DNA from: Patescibacteria group bacterium
GTDB taxonomy: Bacteria > Patescibacteriota > Microgenomatia > UBA1400 > UBA1449
Assembly (NCBI GenBank): GCA_050942955.1
Contig: JBMNOG010000004.1
Coordinates: 4,431 to 68,430, forward strand
Reading direction: 5' to 3'
Length of the DNA stretch: 64,000 nucleotides
The position numbers were made by a program, and so were the translations under genes. The number at the start of each line of letters is the position of its first letter. Positions within the stretch are counted from its first letter, which is position 1. Below, in pieces: positions 29,597 to 39,094 of this stretch. The notes beneath the pieces were generated by a model. The model worked only from the letters and a program-made list of their open reading frames with translations, was not told the DNA's origin and searched no databases.

Positions 29597-30634
29597 ATGA
29601 AGATAACCAGAGTTTTTAGCAGAGATCAAAAACTTAAAATCGGAGTATTTAGAGCGTTGTACTTAGGCGACCTACTCTGTAGTGTGCCAGCATTTAAGGC
29701 TATAAGAAAAACCTTTCCTGAGGCCAATATCACTTTAATATCTCTACCTTGGGCAGCTGAGTTTGCAAAGCGTTTTGCCTATATTTTCAACAGTTTTATC
29801 AAGTTTCCCGGCCTTCCTGGACTACCTGAGCAGCCAGTTAATCCCAAAAAATCTCTGGAATTTTTTCAGCATTTGCAAAATGAACAGTATGACCTTCTTT
29901 TGCAAATGCAAGGTAACGGTAGTATTGTCAACACTGTTTTACCTCTAGCTGACGCTACTGCCATGGCCGGTTTTTACATGGCGAGAGGTTTTCGGCCCAA
30001 CCGCTACTTTTTCATGAGGTATCCAAACAACCTTTCTGAAGTTGAGAGATACTTAAAACTTACTCACTACCTTGGAATGGATTGTGAAGATAAACAACTG
30101 GATTTTCCTCTCTATCAAAGTGATTATAGGGAATTTGGATTACTTGAGGCACAGCTTGGGTTATCAAAAGAAAGGTATGTCTGTATTCACCCTGGAGCGA
30201 GAGAGAAATTAAGACGCTGGTCCCCTCTTAATTTTATTACCGTCGCAGATGAGATAGCAAGCAAAGGTTACAAGATAGTTTTAACTGGAACTTCAAGTGA
30301 AAAAGGGTTAACAAAGGCCATTGCCCATTCCATGCGTTACCCAGCTCTGGATTTAGCAGGAAAAACTTCTCTTGGAGCTCTGGCTCTTACCATTAAGAAT
30401 TCTCAGTTAATGGTCTGCAATGATACCGGTGTTTCCCATCTTGCAGCTGCCCTATCTCACCCTACAGTTGTCATCTCTCTCTCTAAAGATAAGAAGCGCT
30501 GGAAACCAGCAAACAGTTCCCTGCACCAGTTTGTGCCTGGGGAGACAAACAACGCACTTGAAGAAGTACGCTTCCGGATTTTCAACTTTTTAAGTACTCA
30601 AAGCAGCTATCCTGCCCTCACGCTCTATTCATAA
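29597..30634 (+). CDS. Glycosyltransferase family 9
   Basis: LGDLL, IHPGA, NDTGVSHLAAA. Confidence 0.9.
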   Translation: MKITRVFSRDQKLKIGVFRALYLGDLLCSVPAFKAIRKTFPEANITLISLPWAAEFAKRFAYIFNSFIKFPGLPGLPEQPVNPKKSLEFFQHLQNEQYDLLLQMQGNGSIVNTVLPLADATAMAGFYMARGFRPNRYFFMRYPNNLSEVERYLKLTHYLGMDCEDKQLDFPLYQSDYREFGLLEAQLGLSKERYVCIHPGAREKLRRWSPLNFITVADEIASKGYKIVLTGTSSEKGLTKAIAHSMRYPALDLAGKTSLGALALTIKNSQLMVCNDTGVSHLAAALSHPTVVISLSKDKKRWKPANSSLHQFVPGETNNALEEVRFRIFNFLSTQSSYPALTLYS

Positions 30635-30653
30635 CCTAAAGGAAAGGGTGCGT

Positions 30654-31664
30654 ATGGTATCAGGAAATTTATCAAAACTCAGAATCTTTACCTGGCATAT
30701 CCATGGGAGCTACCTATACTACCTTTCACACTGTCCATGCAACTTTTATATTCCCAAAGACTCAAATAATAAAGATGGATATATCGGCAAAACAAGTAAT
30801 TTTCCCTGGAGAGAAAAAGTCCATGAAATTCTGAAAACTGAAGTGAAGACTCAGGATTTTGACATAATTCTTTTCCAGTCCAAAAAAAATTATTTGAAAG
30901 ATCAATACGATATTTTGTCTCCACACCAAAGAATGTTGCCAAAGATTTTCTTGGAACATGATCCGCCACAAAAACATCCGACTAACACTAAACATGTAGT
31001 TGACGATCCCAATGTTGTTATTGTTCATGTTACAGACTTTAACAATCTCATGTGGGACAACAACCTCTCGCCTACCGTAGTTATTAAGCACGGAGTAAAA
31101 ATTCCCACAAATGTCCGGTACAACGGTCATCTACAAAAGGGTGTCGTCGTTATTAATAATATTGTTAAAAGAGGCCGAAGATTAGGGCTAGACATTTTCG
31201 AGAAAGTCAGGAAGCAAATTCCTCTTGATATTGTCGGGATGAACTCAGAGTTAGTCGGGGGACTAGGCGAAGTTCCTTTTATAAAACTTCCTCAGTTTAT
31301 TTCCCATTATCGTTTCTTTTTTAACCCCATCAGATACACAAGTCTAGGCCTCTCTGTCCTTGAAGCTATGGCTGCTGGTATGCCGGTTGTTGGTCTAGCA
31401 ACCACAGAAGTACCTTTGGTTTTGGAAAACAACGTAACTGGTTTTACCCACACAAACACCGATTTCCTGATTGAAAAGATGTATCAACTCCTAAACAACC
31501 CTACATTGGCCAGGAAGCTATCAGGCAACGCCAAACGCTTTGCAAACACACACTACAACATAGTTAAGTTTACACAAAACTGGCTCAACTTGTTTACTTC
31601 CATTACAAAGAAAACAAGCCGAACAGTTAGGCCACTTTCAAACAGCTTAGCTGTGAGTGTATGA
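30654..31664 (+). CDS. Glycosyltransferase (GT4-like)
   Basis: SLGLSVLEAMAAGMP. Confidence 0.85.
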   Translation: MVSGNLSKLRIFTWHIHGSYLYYLSHCPCNFYIPKDSNNKDGYIGKTSNFPWREKVHEILKTEVKTQDFDIILFQSKKNYLKDQYDILSPHQRMLPKIFLEHDPPQKHPTNTKHVVDDPNVVIVHVTDFNNLMWDNNLSPTVVIKHGVKIPTNVRYNGHLQKGVVVINNIVKRGRRLGLDIFEKVRKQIPLDIVGMNSELVGGLGEVPFIKLPQFISHYRFFFNPIRYTSLGLSVLEAMAAGMPVVGLATTEVPLVLENNVTGFTHTNTDFLIEKMYQLLNNPTLARKLSGNAKRFANTHYNIVKFTQNWLNLFTSITKKTSRTVRPLSNSLAVSV

Positions 31665-33580
31665 CTATGATGAACATTGCTTTTATCAGTGAACACGCCT
31701 CTCCCCTTGCTGCACTTGGCGGTGCCGATAGTGGCGGTCAAAACGTCTATGTCGCAAAGCTAGCATACCAGTTGGGGGAAATGGGCCACAAAGTTGATAT
31801 CTTTACCCGCTGGGACAATAAAGCTTTGCCCTTATCGGTAAACCTAACTCCGAATGTCAGGGTAATTCATGTCAAAGCCGGTCCGAAAACTTTCATACCT
31901 AAGGAAGAACTCTTGCCACACATGAACTCTTTTACTCAAAGCATGCTTTCTTTTCTTAAGTACAGTCAGACAACGTACGATTTTGTCCATGCCCACCACT
32001 GGATGTCTGCCCTAGTTGCTGCAGATATAAAACAAGAGCTGAAAATTCCGTTTGTAGTCACCTTCCATGCCCTGGAAAAAGTACGACTAAAATACCAAAA
32101 AGAGGTAGCTTCACTTCAAGCTAAACGAATTAATGTTGAAGAAGACGTGATCAAAAAGTGTAACTACGTAATTGCCGAATGCCCCCAGGATAGAGACGAT
32201 CTCATTACCCTTTACAATGCTGATCCAAGAAAAATTGTTACTATTCCTGCTGGGTTTGATCAGAAAGAGTTCTATCCGATTGACCGGATACTGGCTTGCA
32301 GCGTCCTCAAACTTGATCCCAGTATAAAGTATGTCCTGGCACTCAGTAGAATGGTACCCAGAAAAGGAATTGAGACTATTGTCCGCGGCTTTGCCCGATT
32401 TTTGAAAGATAATCAAAGCAGTATGAAACTGCTTATTGTTGGCGGTGAGTCTGATTTGCCTGACCCAGAGTACACTCCGGAAATCGCCAGGCTGACCGGT
32501 ATTGCCCGAGATGAAAACATTGAAGAGTCTGTAATCTTTACCGGCAGAAAAGACAGATCAGTATTAAAGTACTTTTACAGTGTAGCTGAGGTGTTTGCTT
32601 CCACTCCTTGGTATGAACCTTTTGGCATAACGCCACTTGAAGCGATGGCATGTGGCGTGCCAGTTATTGGTACAAGAGTTGGAGGCATCAAGTTTACTGT
32701 AAAAGATAATGAGACAGGGTACCTTATTGAACCTCAAAAACCCCAACAGTTTACTAAAGCCCTAGAAGCACTTGTATCAAACCCATATAAGCTCCGGATT
32801 TTTAAAGAAAACGGGGTAAAACACGTCAATGAGTACTTTACATGGGAAAAAGTAGCCAGACAAATGCAGGCGTTGTACCAAAAAGTACTTCCTCAGATGA
32901 CTGTGAGTGATACCTTTCTTCCCTTACCTGAAAAAGTAGTTGAGATAGCTTTCAGTGAATTCACCCAACTTTTAAGTAAACCGATGAGAAGTCTTAAAGA
33001 AAACATTCTTTCCGCAGCAAAGATAATTGAGGAAACATTTGAACACAACGGCAAGGTTATAGTTTGTGGTAACGGCGGCAGCGCAGCTGATGCCCAGCAC
33101 TTTGCAACAGAACTAGTAGGTAGGTTTCAAATTCCTCAAAGACCGGCTTTCCCCGTAATGGCGTTAACAGCCGATTCAACTTTTCTTACAGCCTGGTCAA
33201 ACGATGTTTCCTTTAGAGAGGTGTTCTCAAGACAAATTGAGGCCTTCGGGCAAGAAAGAGATACCGTTATTGGCATCAGTACTAGCGGCAATTCTGAAAA
33301 TGTTGTTAAGGCATTTGAAGTTGCTCACGATAAAGGTATGTTGGCTATTGGTATCTTAGGCAAAGATGGTGGTGAGGCTGCAGAAGAAGCAGATGTATCT
33401 GTGATTGTACCCTCGCAAAACCCTCAACGCATTCAGGAAACTCATCTACTCATATTGCATACGTTGGTAGAAATTGTTGAAAACTATCTACTCAGCAAAG
33501 AACTTCAACAACGTAGCAAGGGTATGGGTAGAAAAAAATCAACACAAAAAATAGTGAAAGGAGAAATATGGAAAATATAA
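31661..33580 (+). CDS. Fusion of GT4 (MshA-like) and sedoheptulose-7-phosphate isomerase GmhA (SIS)
   Basis: DSGGQNVYV, EPFGITPLEAM; then CGNGGSAADAQHF, ISTSGNS, IQETH. Confidence 0.9.
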   Translation: MTMMNIAFISEHASPLAALGGADSGGQNVYVAKLAYQLGEMGHKVDIFTRWDNKALPLSVNLTPNVRVIHVKAGPKTFIPKEELLPHMNSFTQSMLSFLKYSQTTYDFVHAHHWMSALVAADIKQELKIPFVVTFHALEKVRLKYQKEVASLQAKRINVEEDVIKKCNYVIAECPQDRDDLITLYNADPRKIVTIPAGFDQKEFYPIDRILACSVLKLDPSIKYVLALSRMVPRKGIETIVRGFARFLKDNQSSMKLLIVGGESDLPDPEYTPEIARLTGIARDENIEESVIFTGRKDRSVLKYFYSVAEVFASTPWYEPFGITPLEAMACGVPVIGTRVGGIKFTVKDNETGYLIEPQKPQQFTKALEALVSNPYKLRIFKENGVKHVNEYFTWEKVARQMQALYQKVLPQMTVSDTFLPLPEKVVEIAFSEFTQLLSKPMRSLKENILSAAKIIEETFEHNGKVIVCGNGGSAADAQHFATELVGRFQIPQRPAFPVMALTADSTFLTAWSNDVSFREVFSRQIEAFGQERDTVIGISTSGNSENVVKAFEVAHDKGMLAIGILGKDGGEAAEEADVSVIVPSQNPQRIQETHLLILHTLVEIVENYLLSKELQQRSKGMGRKKSTQKIVKGEIWKI

Positions 33581-34293
33581 AGGGAAAAGTTGCGTTGGTT
33601 ACAGGCGGCAGCCAGGGGCTTGGCGCAGCTATTGTTGAAGCTTTAGCCAAACATGGAGTTACGACAATTATTGGAGACATTAAAGATCGGCAGGCAGAGA
33701 TAGTACGAAAACGTTTATCTAAAGAAGGCAGTAAGGTTTTTAACTATCATCTTGATGTTAGCAGTGAAATCAGCACTACCGAAGTTATCAATAAAATTCA
33801 GAAAGAGTTTGGGCGTTTGGATATCTTAGTAAATAACGCCGGCATTGATGTAACTAAACCTGTTGATGAACTCACTATTGAGCAGTGGGATCGGGTTCTG
33901 GGAGTAAATCTTAGAGGTCCGTTTATATTGTCAAAACTTGCTCTCGAAGCAATGAAGAAGCAAAAAGGCGGACATATTGTTAACATTACCTCAACAGCAG
34001 CTAAGCGCGCTTGGGCCAATGCCTCAGCTTACCACGCCAGCAAATGGGGACTTCTGGGTATGAGTCACTGCTTCTTCTGTGAAGCCAGAAAGTTCAATGT
34101 TAAAGTATCTGCTGTCGTATCCGGAGGCATGAGAACTCGATTTATTCTTGACCGTTTTCCTGAAGTAGACCCAAACACCTTACAAGACCCAATACATGTT
34201 GCTAAAACAGTATTATTTATTCTTAAACAAGCAGATGAAACTGTCATTCCTGAAGTTATGGTTTTGCCGCTTAACGAAACCTCTTGGCCTTGA
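33568..34293 (+). CDS. Short-chain dehydrogenase/reductase
   Basis: TGGSQGLG, NNAG, YHASK. Confidence 0.9.
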   Translation: MENIKGKVALVTGGSQGLGAAIVEALAKHGVTTIIGDIKDRQAEIVRKRLSKEGSKVFNYHLDVSSEISTTEVINKIQKEFGRLDILVNNAGIDVTKPVDELTIEQWDRVLGVNLRGPFILSKLALEAMKKQKGGHIVNITSTAAKRAWANASAYHASKWGLLGMSHCFFCEARKFNVKVSAVVSGGMRTRFILDRFPEVDPNTLQDPIHVAKTVLFILKQADETVIPEVMVLPLNETSWP

Positions 34294-34310
34294 GCCGGAA
34301 AAGGTTGACT

Positions 34311-34901
34311 ATGAGAAAACTACCAAAAAAAGCCATATTTTTGGACAAGGATGGGACACTTATACCTAATATTCCCTATAATGTAGATCCTGAACGTATC
34401 GCTTTAAACCCTGAAGTAGGAAGATCATTAAAATCCCTTCAGGATGCAGGATTTCTCATAGTTGTAATCACAAACCAGTCAGGTATTGCGCGAGACTTTT
34501 ATTCTGAAAAAAATCTTATTCCTATAGAAAAAAAGCTAAAAAAACTACTGGTTGATTTTAACGTAAACCTTAGTGGTTTTTACTACTGTCCCCACCATCC
34601 ACTGGGGACTATCCCTTACAACATAGTGTGCGAGTGCCGCAAACCAAAACCGGGACTGCTTTTTAGGGCAGCACGCAATCTGTATATAGACCTATCCAGT
34701 TCCTGGATGATTGGTGATACGTGGAGCGATATCGGAGCAGGTTTTAATGCTGGTTGCTTCACAGTTTTATTATCACCTTACCCGAACACGATGACTCCTG
34801 AAAGCAAGTTCACTCCTGATTTTAAAGCTAAAAACTTTAGCGAAGCTGCCTCAATTATCTTAGAAACTCAGGAGATATTGGTAAATACCAGTAAACTATG
34901 A
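34311..34901 (+). CDS. gmhB: Heptose-1,7-bisphosphate phosphatase (HAD IIIA)
   Basis: FLDKDGTL, TNQSG, CPHH...CECRKPKPG, IGD. Confidence 0.85.
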   Translation: MRKLPKKAIFLDKDGTLIPNIPYNVDPERIALNPEVGRSLKSLQDAGFLIVVITNQSGIARDFYSEKNLIPIEKKLKKLLVDFNVNLSGFYYCPHHPLGTIPYNIVCECRKPKPGLLFRAARNLYIDLSSSWMIGDTWSDIGAGFNAGCFTVLLSPYPNTMTPESKFTPDFKAKNFSEAASIILETQEILVNTSKL

Positions 34902-36400
34902 AAGTTACTGATCAAAAAGCTCTGGATAGAATTAAAAAAGTTAATGTTGCCGTGTTGGGAGAGGCTATTTTGGATGTATTTATTGAAGGGGTTTCACAGC
35001 GGCTTTCCCGAGAAGCTCCTGTTCCTATTGTAGAAGTTGAATCAAAAAAAGCAGTCGCCGGTGGCGCTGCAAACACCGCCGTGAACACGACCACCCTAAG
35101 CGCCCACACCTATTTTCTGTCCGTTGTCGGAAAGGACAAAGAAGGTGAAAGCATAAAAACGATCTTGAGTAAGTATGGAGTGGAAACAAGATATGTAGTC
35201 GAAGACACAAGTAGGAAGACACTTTCAAAACAGAGAGTTGTTGCAAACAGTCAAGAACTGGTACGTTATGACCAAGGTACAACTTCTCCAATCTCTACCG
35301 AGGCAGAATTAGCATTAATTCAAAATCTAAAAAAAATTCTTTCGTTAATTGATGTTCTGATAGTCTCTGACTACGGTTATGGTGTTATCACCTCTCAGGT
35401 TTTAAAAACTTTATCAGAAATTAGAAATCAGAAAGAGATTATCATAGCAGTCGATTCTAAGAATCTGCGCAACTATAAGGAAGTCAAACCAACGCTGATT
35501 AAACCTAATTACATAGAGGTAGTAGAAAACTTGGGATTAACACCGGTTTCAGACAGTCTTGAAAGATTCAAGCAAGTTAGAGCCAGGAAAAAGAATCTCT
35601 TTGAATGCTGTGATCCTTCAATTATTGCGGTTACCTTGGATAAAGACGGAGCCTTGTTATTTAAAGACAGGCGTTACGTGTACCGAACCTATGCTCGGCC
35701 GGTTAAACAGTCAAACTCTATTGGAGCCGGCGATACGTTTATTAGCGCATTTACCCTTGGACTAGCTGCAGGCATGTCTTTATCAGCCTCAGCTGAGTTG
35801 GCAGCTGCGGCTAGCCAGGTTGTTGTTGATAAAACTGGCACAGCTCCATGCTACCTTAACGATTTAGAAATCCACAGTGAACACAATAAAAAAATCGTGT
35901 CAAATATAAACGAACTGCTGCTTATCTTGGACAAAACCAGAAAAGAAGGTAAGCAGATCGTGTTTACCAACGGCTGCTTTGACATTATTCACTCCGGACA
36001 TGTAACCTACTTAAGCCGGGCAAGAGAGTTAGGAGATGTGCTGGTTGTAGGTGTTAATAGTGACAAGAGTGTCCGCCATTTAAAGGGCTGGGAAAGACCA
36101 GTTAACCCTCTTCCCGATAGACTTAAAGTGTTAACAGGTCTAAGCAGTATAGACTACGTCATCCCGTTTGAAGAATATACCCCTATTAAACTAATTAAAA
36201 CCATAAAACCTCACATCTTTGTAAAAGGCGGAGACTATACTCTTAAAACTCTTCCGGAAGCCCCGTTTGTAAAGAAGTACGGTGGGAAAGTTAAAATCTT
36301 ACCGTATATTGAAGGCAAATCAACCACAGGTATTATTGAAAAAATTCAAAGAGTATTTCTTGATAGATTTTTTTTCACTCATAATATTAGACCGAGATAA
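34898..36400 (+). CDS. hldE: Bifunctional heptose kinase/adenylyltransferase
   Basis: RLSREAPVP, GAGDT; FTNGCFDIIHSGH, KGGDY. Confidence 0.9.
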   Translation: MKVTDQKALDRIKKVNVAVLGEAILDVFIEGVSQRLSREAPVPIVEVESKKAVAGGAANTAVNTTTLSAHTYFLSVVGKDKEGESIKTILSKYGVETRYVVEDTSRKTLSKQRVVANSQELVRYDQGTTSPISTEAELALIQNLKKILSLIDVLIVSDYGYGVITSQVLKTLSEIRNQKEIIIAVDSKNLRNYKEVKPTLIKPNYIEVVENLGLTPVSDSLERFKQVRARKKNLFECCDPSIIAVTLDKDGALLFKDRRYVYRTYARPVKQSNSIGAGDTFISAFTLGLAAGMSLSASAELAAAASQVVVDKTGTAPCYLNDLEIHSEHNKKIVSNINELLLILDKTRKEGKQIVFTNGCFDIIHSGHVTYLSRARELGDVLVVGVNSDKSVRHLKGWERPVNPLPDRLKVLTGLSSIDYVIPFEEYTPIKLIKTIKPHIFVKGGDYTLKTLPEAPFVKKYGGKVKILPYIEGKSTTGIIEKIQRVFLDRFFFTHNIRPR

Positions 36401-36409
36401 ATCAAGATT

Positions 36410-37534
36410 ATGAAAACTGGTTCCTGGGAAAATGTAAAAAAGGTACTCGCTGTCAGGCTTGATAGCATGGGAGACCTTCTGATGACTACACCCGCCCTAA
36501 GAGCTATAAAAGAGTCACTACACACAAAAAAACTTGTTTTGTTAACATCACGATCGGCCAGTTTAGCAACCCAATTTATTCCTGAGATTGATCAAACAAT
36601 CGTTTTTGATGCTCCCTGGGTGAAAACCCAAAGCAACAATATTGCTGCCAATTACATCTCAAACACCATTGCAAAACTGAAGAAGGAACAGTTTGATGCT
36701 GCTATTATTTTCACTGTCTGTAGCCAAAATCCGCTTCCTGCTGCTTTGCTATGCTATATGTCCCAAATACCACTTCGCTTAGCATACTGCCATGAAAACC
36801 CTTATGCCCTCCTAACTCACTGGCGGCCTGATCCTGAACCGCAGTTTTTTATCCGCCATGAAGTTGAAAGACAATTGAGTTTAGTAGCAAGTGTCGGATA
36901 CACAGCCTCGAATAAAACCCTATCGCTTACCCTAACTCAAACGGCACACAATTCAGTTATAGCAAAACTGAAAACACTAAAAGTTGATCTGCATATACCC
37001 TGGGTGGTCTTACATCCGGGTGTTTCTGAGGAAAGACGTCAGTACCCTTTGAAAAATTTTTGTAAGGCTCTTAAAGAGTTACAAAAACTCACTGATTTTC
37101 AGATTTTGGTTACCGGAAATGCGGCAGAAACTGAACTATCAAGGCAAGCAGCGCAGGAAATTGGCAGAAAAGCTGTTTCACTGGGAGGACAACTAACTTT
37201 AGAGGAGTTTGCTGCTCTCATTGCTCTTTCTCAGCTACTTATAACTAACAATACCGGCCCTGTTCATATAGCTGCCGCAGTTGGAACTCCTGTTGTAGAT
37301 CTATACGCTAATACTAACTCTCAGCACACTCCCTGGATGGTACCAAATCGGGTTCTAATATTTGATGTTCCCTGTAAAGCCTGTGAAAGGGGTATATGCT
37401 CTACCGGACCTCATCATATTCAAAAACACGTAAAACCTAGGGAGATCGTTAAAGCCTCCTTAGAACTTTTGTTACCAAAGTTTAAAACCGAGTTACTATA
37501 TGGCAAAAGTAGATGTTTTAATTCCAACACGTAA
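36410..37534 (+). CDS. Glycosyltransferase family 9
   Basis: MGDLLMTTP, LHPG, NNTGPVHIAAAVGTP. Confidence 0.9.
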   Translation: MKTGSWENVKKVLAVRLDSMGDLLMTTPALRAIKESLHTKKLVLLTSRSASLATQFIPEIDQTIVFDAPWVKTQSNNIAANYISNTIAKLKKEQFDAAIIFTVCSQNPLPAALLCYMSQIPLRLAYCHENPYALLTHWRPDPEPQFFIRHEVERQLSLVASVGYTASNKTLSLTLTQTAHNSVIAKLKTLKVDLHIPWVVLHPGVSEERRQYPLKNFCKALKELQKLTDFQILVTGNAAETELSRQAAQEIGRKAVSLGGQLTLEEFAALIALSQLLITNNTGPVHIAAAVGTPVVDLYANTNSQHTPWMVPNRVLIFDVPCKACERGICSTGPHHIQKHVKPREIVKASLELLLPKFKTELLYGKSRCFNSNT

Positions 37535-38297
37535 CCGGAGTGAAGCTCTTACTGCCACTCTAACCAGTCTTTACTTTCAAAGCTTTTCAGATTTTCGGGT
37601 AATTATTTCTGATCAGTCAGATAACTTTATTGCTTCTGAAACCATAAAAACAATCTTTCGAATGTATAGTGCCAACAAAGAAAAAGTGACTTTATTGCAC
37701 AACCTTCCTCGTAAAGGCATTGCTCAACAACGCCAGTTTCTCCTAAATACAACAACGGCAGAGTACTGTCTTTTTCTTGATGATGATTTAATCCTTGAAC
37801 CCTACGTACTTACCAACATGTTTAAAGCCATAACAGAGGAAAAGTGTGGTTTTGTCGGTATGGCCCCAATTGGCTTGAGTTTTAAAAAGGATATCCGGCC
37901 CAAGGAGCAGTCAGTTGAGTTCTGGAGTTGCGGTGTTAAACCGGAAGCAGTAACTCCAGTAAGCAAAAAGTGGCAGCGGCACAAACTTCACAACGCCGCA
38001 AATATTTACCATGTTGCAAAAAAATTTAAACTAAAGCCAGAAAATCAGCAAAAATATAAAATTGCTTGGGTGGGCGGTTGTGTTTTGTATGACACCTCCA
38101 AGCTAAAGGTATGCGGAGGGTACTCATTCTGGGATAAAGTCCCAAAGGTAACTTGCGGCGAAGATGTTTTGGCTCAACTTAGAGTCATGAAGAAATTTGG
38201 AGGCTGTGGTCTTCTCCCTTCAGGCGCGTACCACCAAGAGCTACCGACAACTTTGATTAACAGAAAACATGATGCACCCTTCCTACTTGGTATTTAG
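37500..38297 (+). CDS. Glycosyltransferase family 2
   Basis: DVLIPTRNR, FLDDD, GED. Confidence 0.85.
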   Translation: MAKVDVLIPTRNRSEALTATLTSLYFQSFSDFRVIISDQSDNFIASETIKTIFRMYSANKEKVTLLHNLPRKGIAQQRQFLLNTTTAEYCLFLDDDLILEPYVLTNMFKAITEEKCGFVGMAPIGLSFKKDIRPKEQSVEFWSCGVKPEAVTPVSKKWQRHKLHNAANIYHVAKKFKLKPENQQKYKIAWVGGCVLYDTSKLKVCGGYSFWDKVPKVTCGEDVLAQLRVMKKFGGCGLLPSGAYHQELPTTLINRKHDAPFLLGI

Positions 38298-38421
38298 CGG
38301 CCCTTTTATTACGAAAAGTTTACCCTATTCTAACAACATTATTATTAAGTTTTACTTATATGGATCAATATCATCGTACTTTTTGTAGTCATTTTAGGCT
38401 ATTGAAAGGGTACCTTGAACA

Positions 38422-38962
38422 GTTCTTTGACAGTAAAGGGGTGTTAATCGGGATCGGTCTAACACGTGCGGACAGGAGACAACTGTGCTTAAAAGAGTAG
38501 GCATTACCCTGGCAGTCGTGCTCATCGTTTCAGTCATCAATAATCCCATACTCGCAGGAGAGGAAAGCTGCACTAATCCCTCAATTTACCTGGAACACAG
38601 CCAGCTCACAATCTACCCACCAGGGACCAATGCCCACATTACCATCACAAACCTCTCAAGCGAGTGCTATGCTAATGTCGGACTTGCGTCCTACAAGTGT
38701 CTTAGCCCTCACGGCGACTTTCATGAGCTTTACCAGTTCACTGCAACCACAGTTAGCCCGGGGTACACCATCAACCTTGATGTTCCTGTCCCGTCTTGTG
38801 CTGCAAAAGTAGTCGCCTTTTAGGGACACGTTATCACTACTCCAGGAAAGGTTGACTACAACCAAAGGCTGATCGACTCCGTCGCCACAACCAACAGACC
38901 CTACTGCAGCTGGCCTTTCCAGGTTTATCTGCCTGCTGTCGTTTCCGACACCCCTTAACTGT
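38422..38962 (+). repeat. Cassette 5: boxA-like motif plus 14/15-bp long-range inverted repeat
   Basis: GTTCTTTGACAG; ACAGTAAAGGGGTGT 38430-38444 / ACACCCCTTAACTGT 38948-38962; 17-bp hairpin 38965-39019. Confidence 0.85.
38485..38958 (+). pseudogene. Secreted Cys-rich protein with in-frame TAG at 38821 (pseudogene or read-through)
   Basis: Signal peptide; frame continues 44 codons past TAG to ...WPFQVYLPAVVSDTP*. Confidence 0.6.
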
Positions 38963-39094
38963 ATGCCGAAGTGAGCAGGCAAACCTTGACTTCATGTCAT
39001 CATGCCTGCTCACTTCGGCCCGTCTCCCCAATAACGAAAAAGGCCACCTTTTTCAAGATGGCCTTAAAGAATTCCTGCCGAATTCTTTCAAGCG

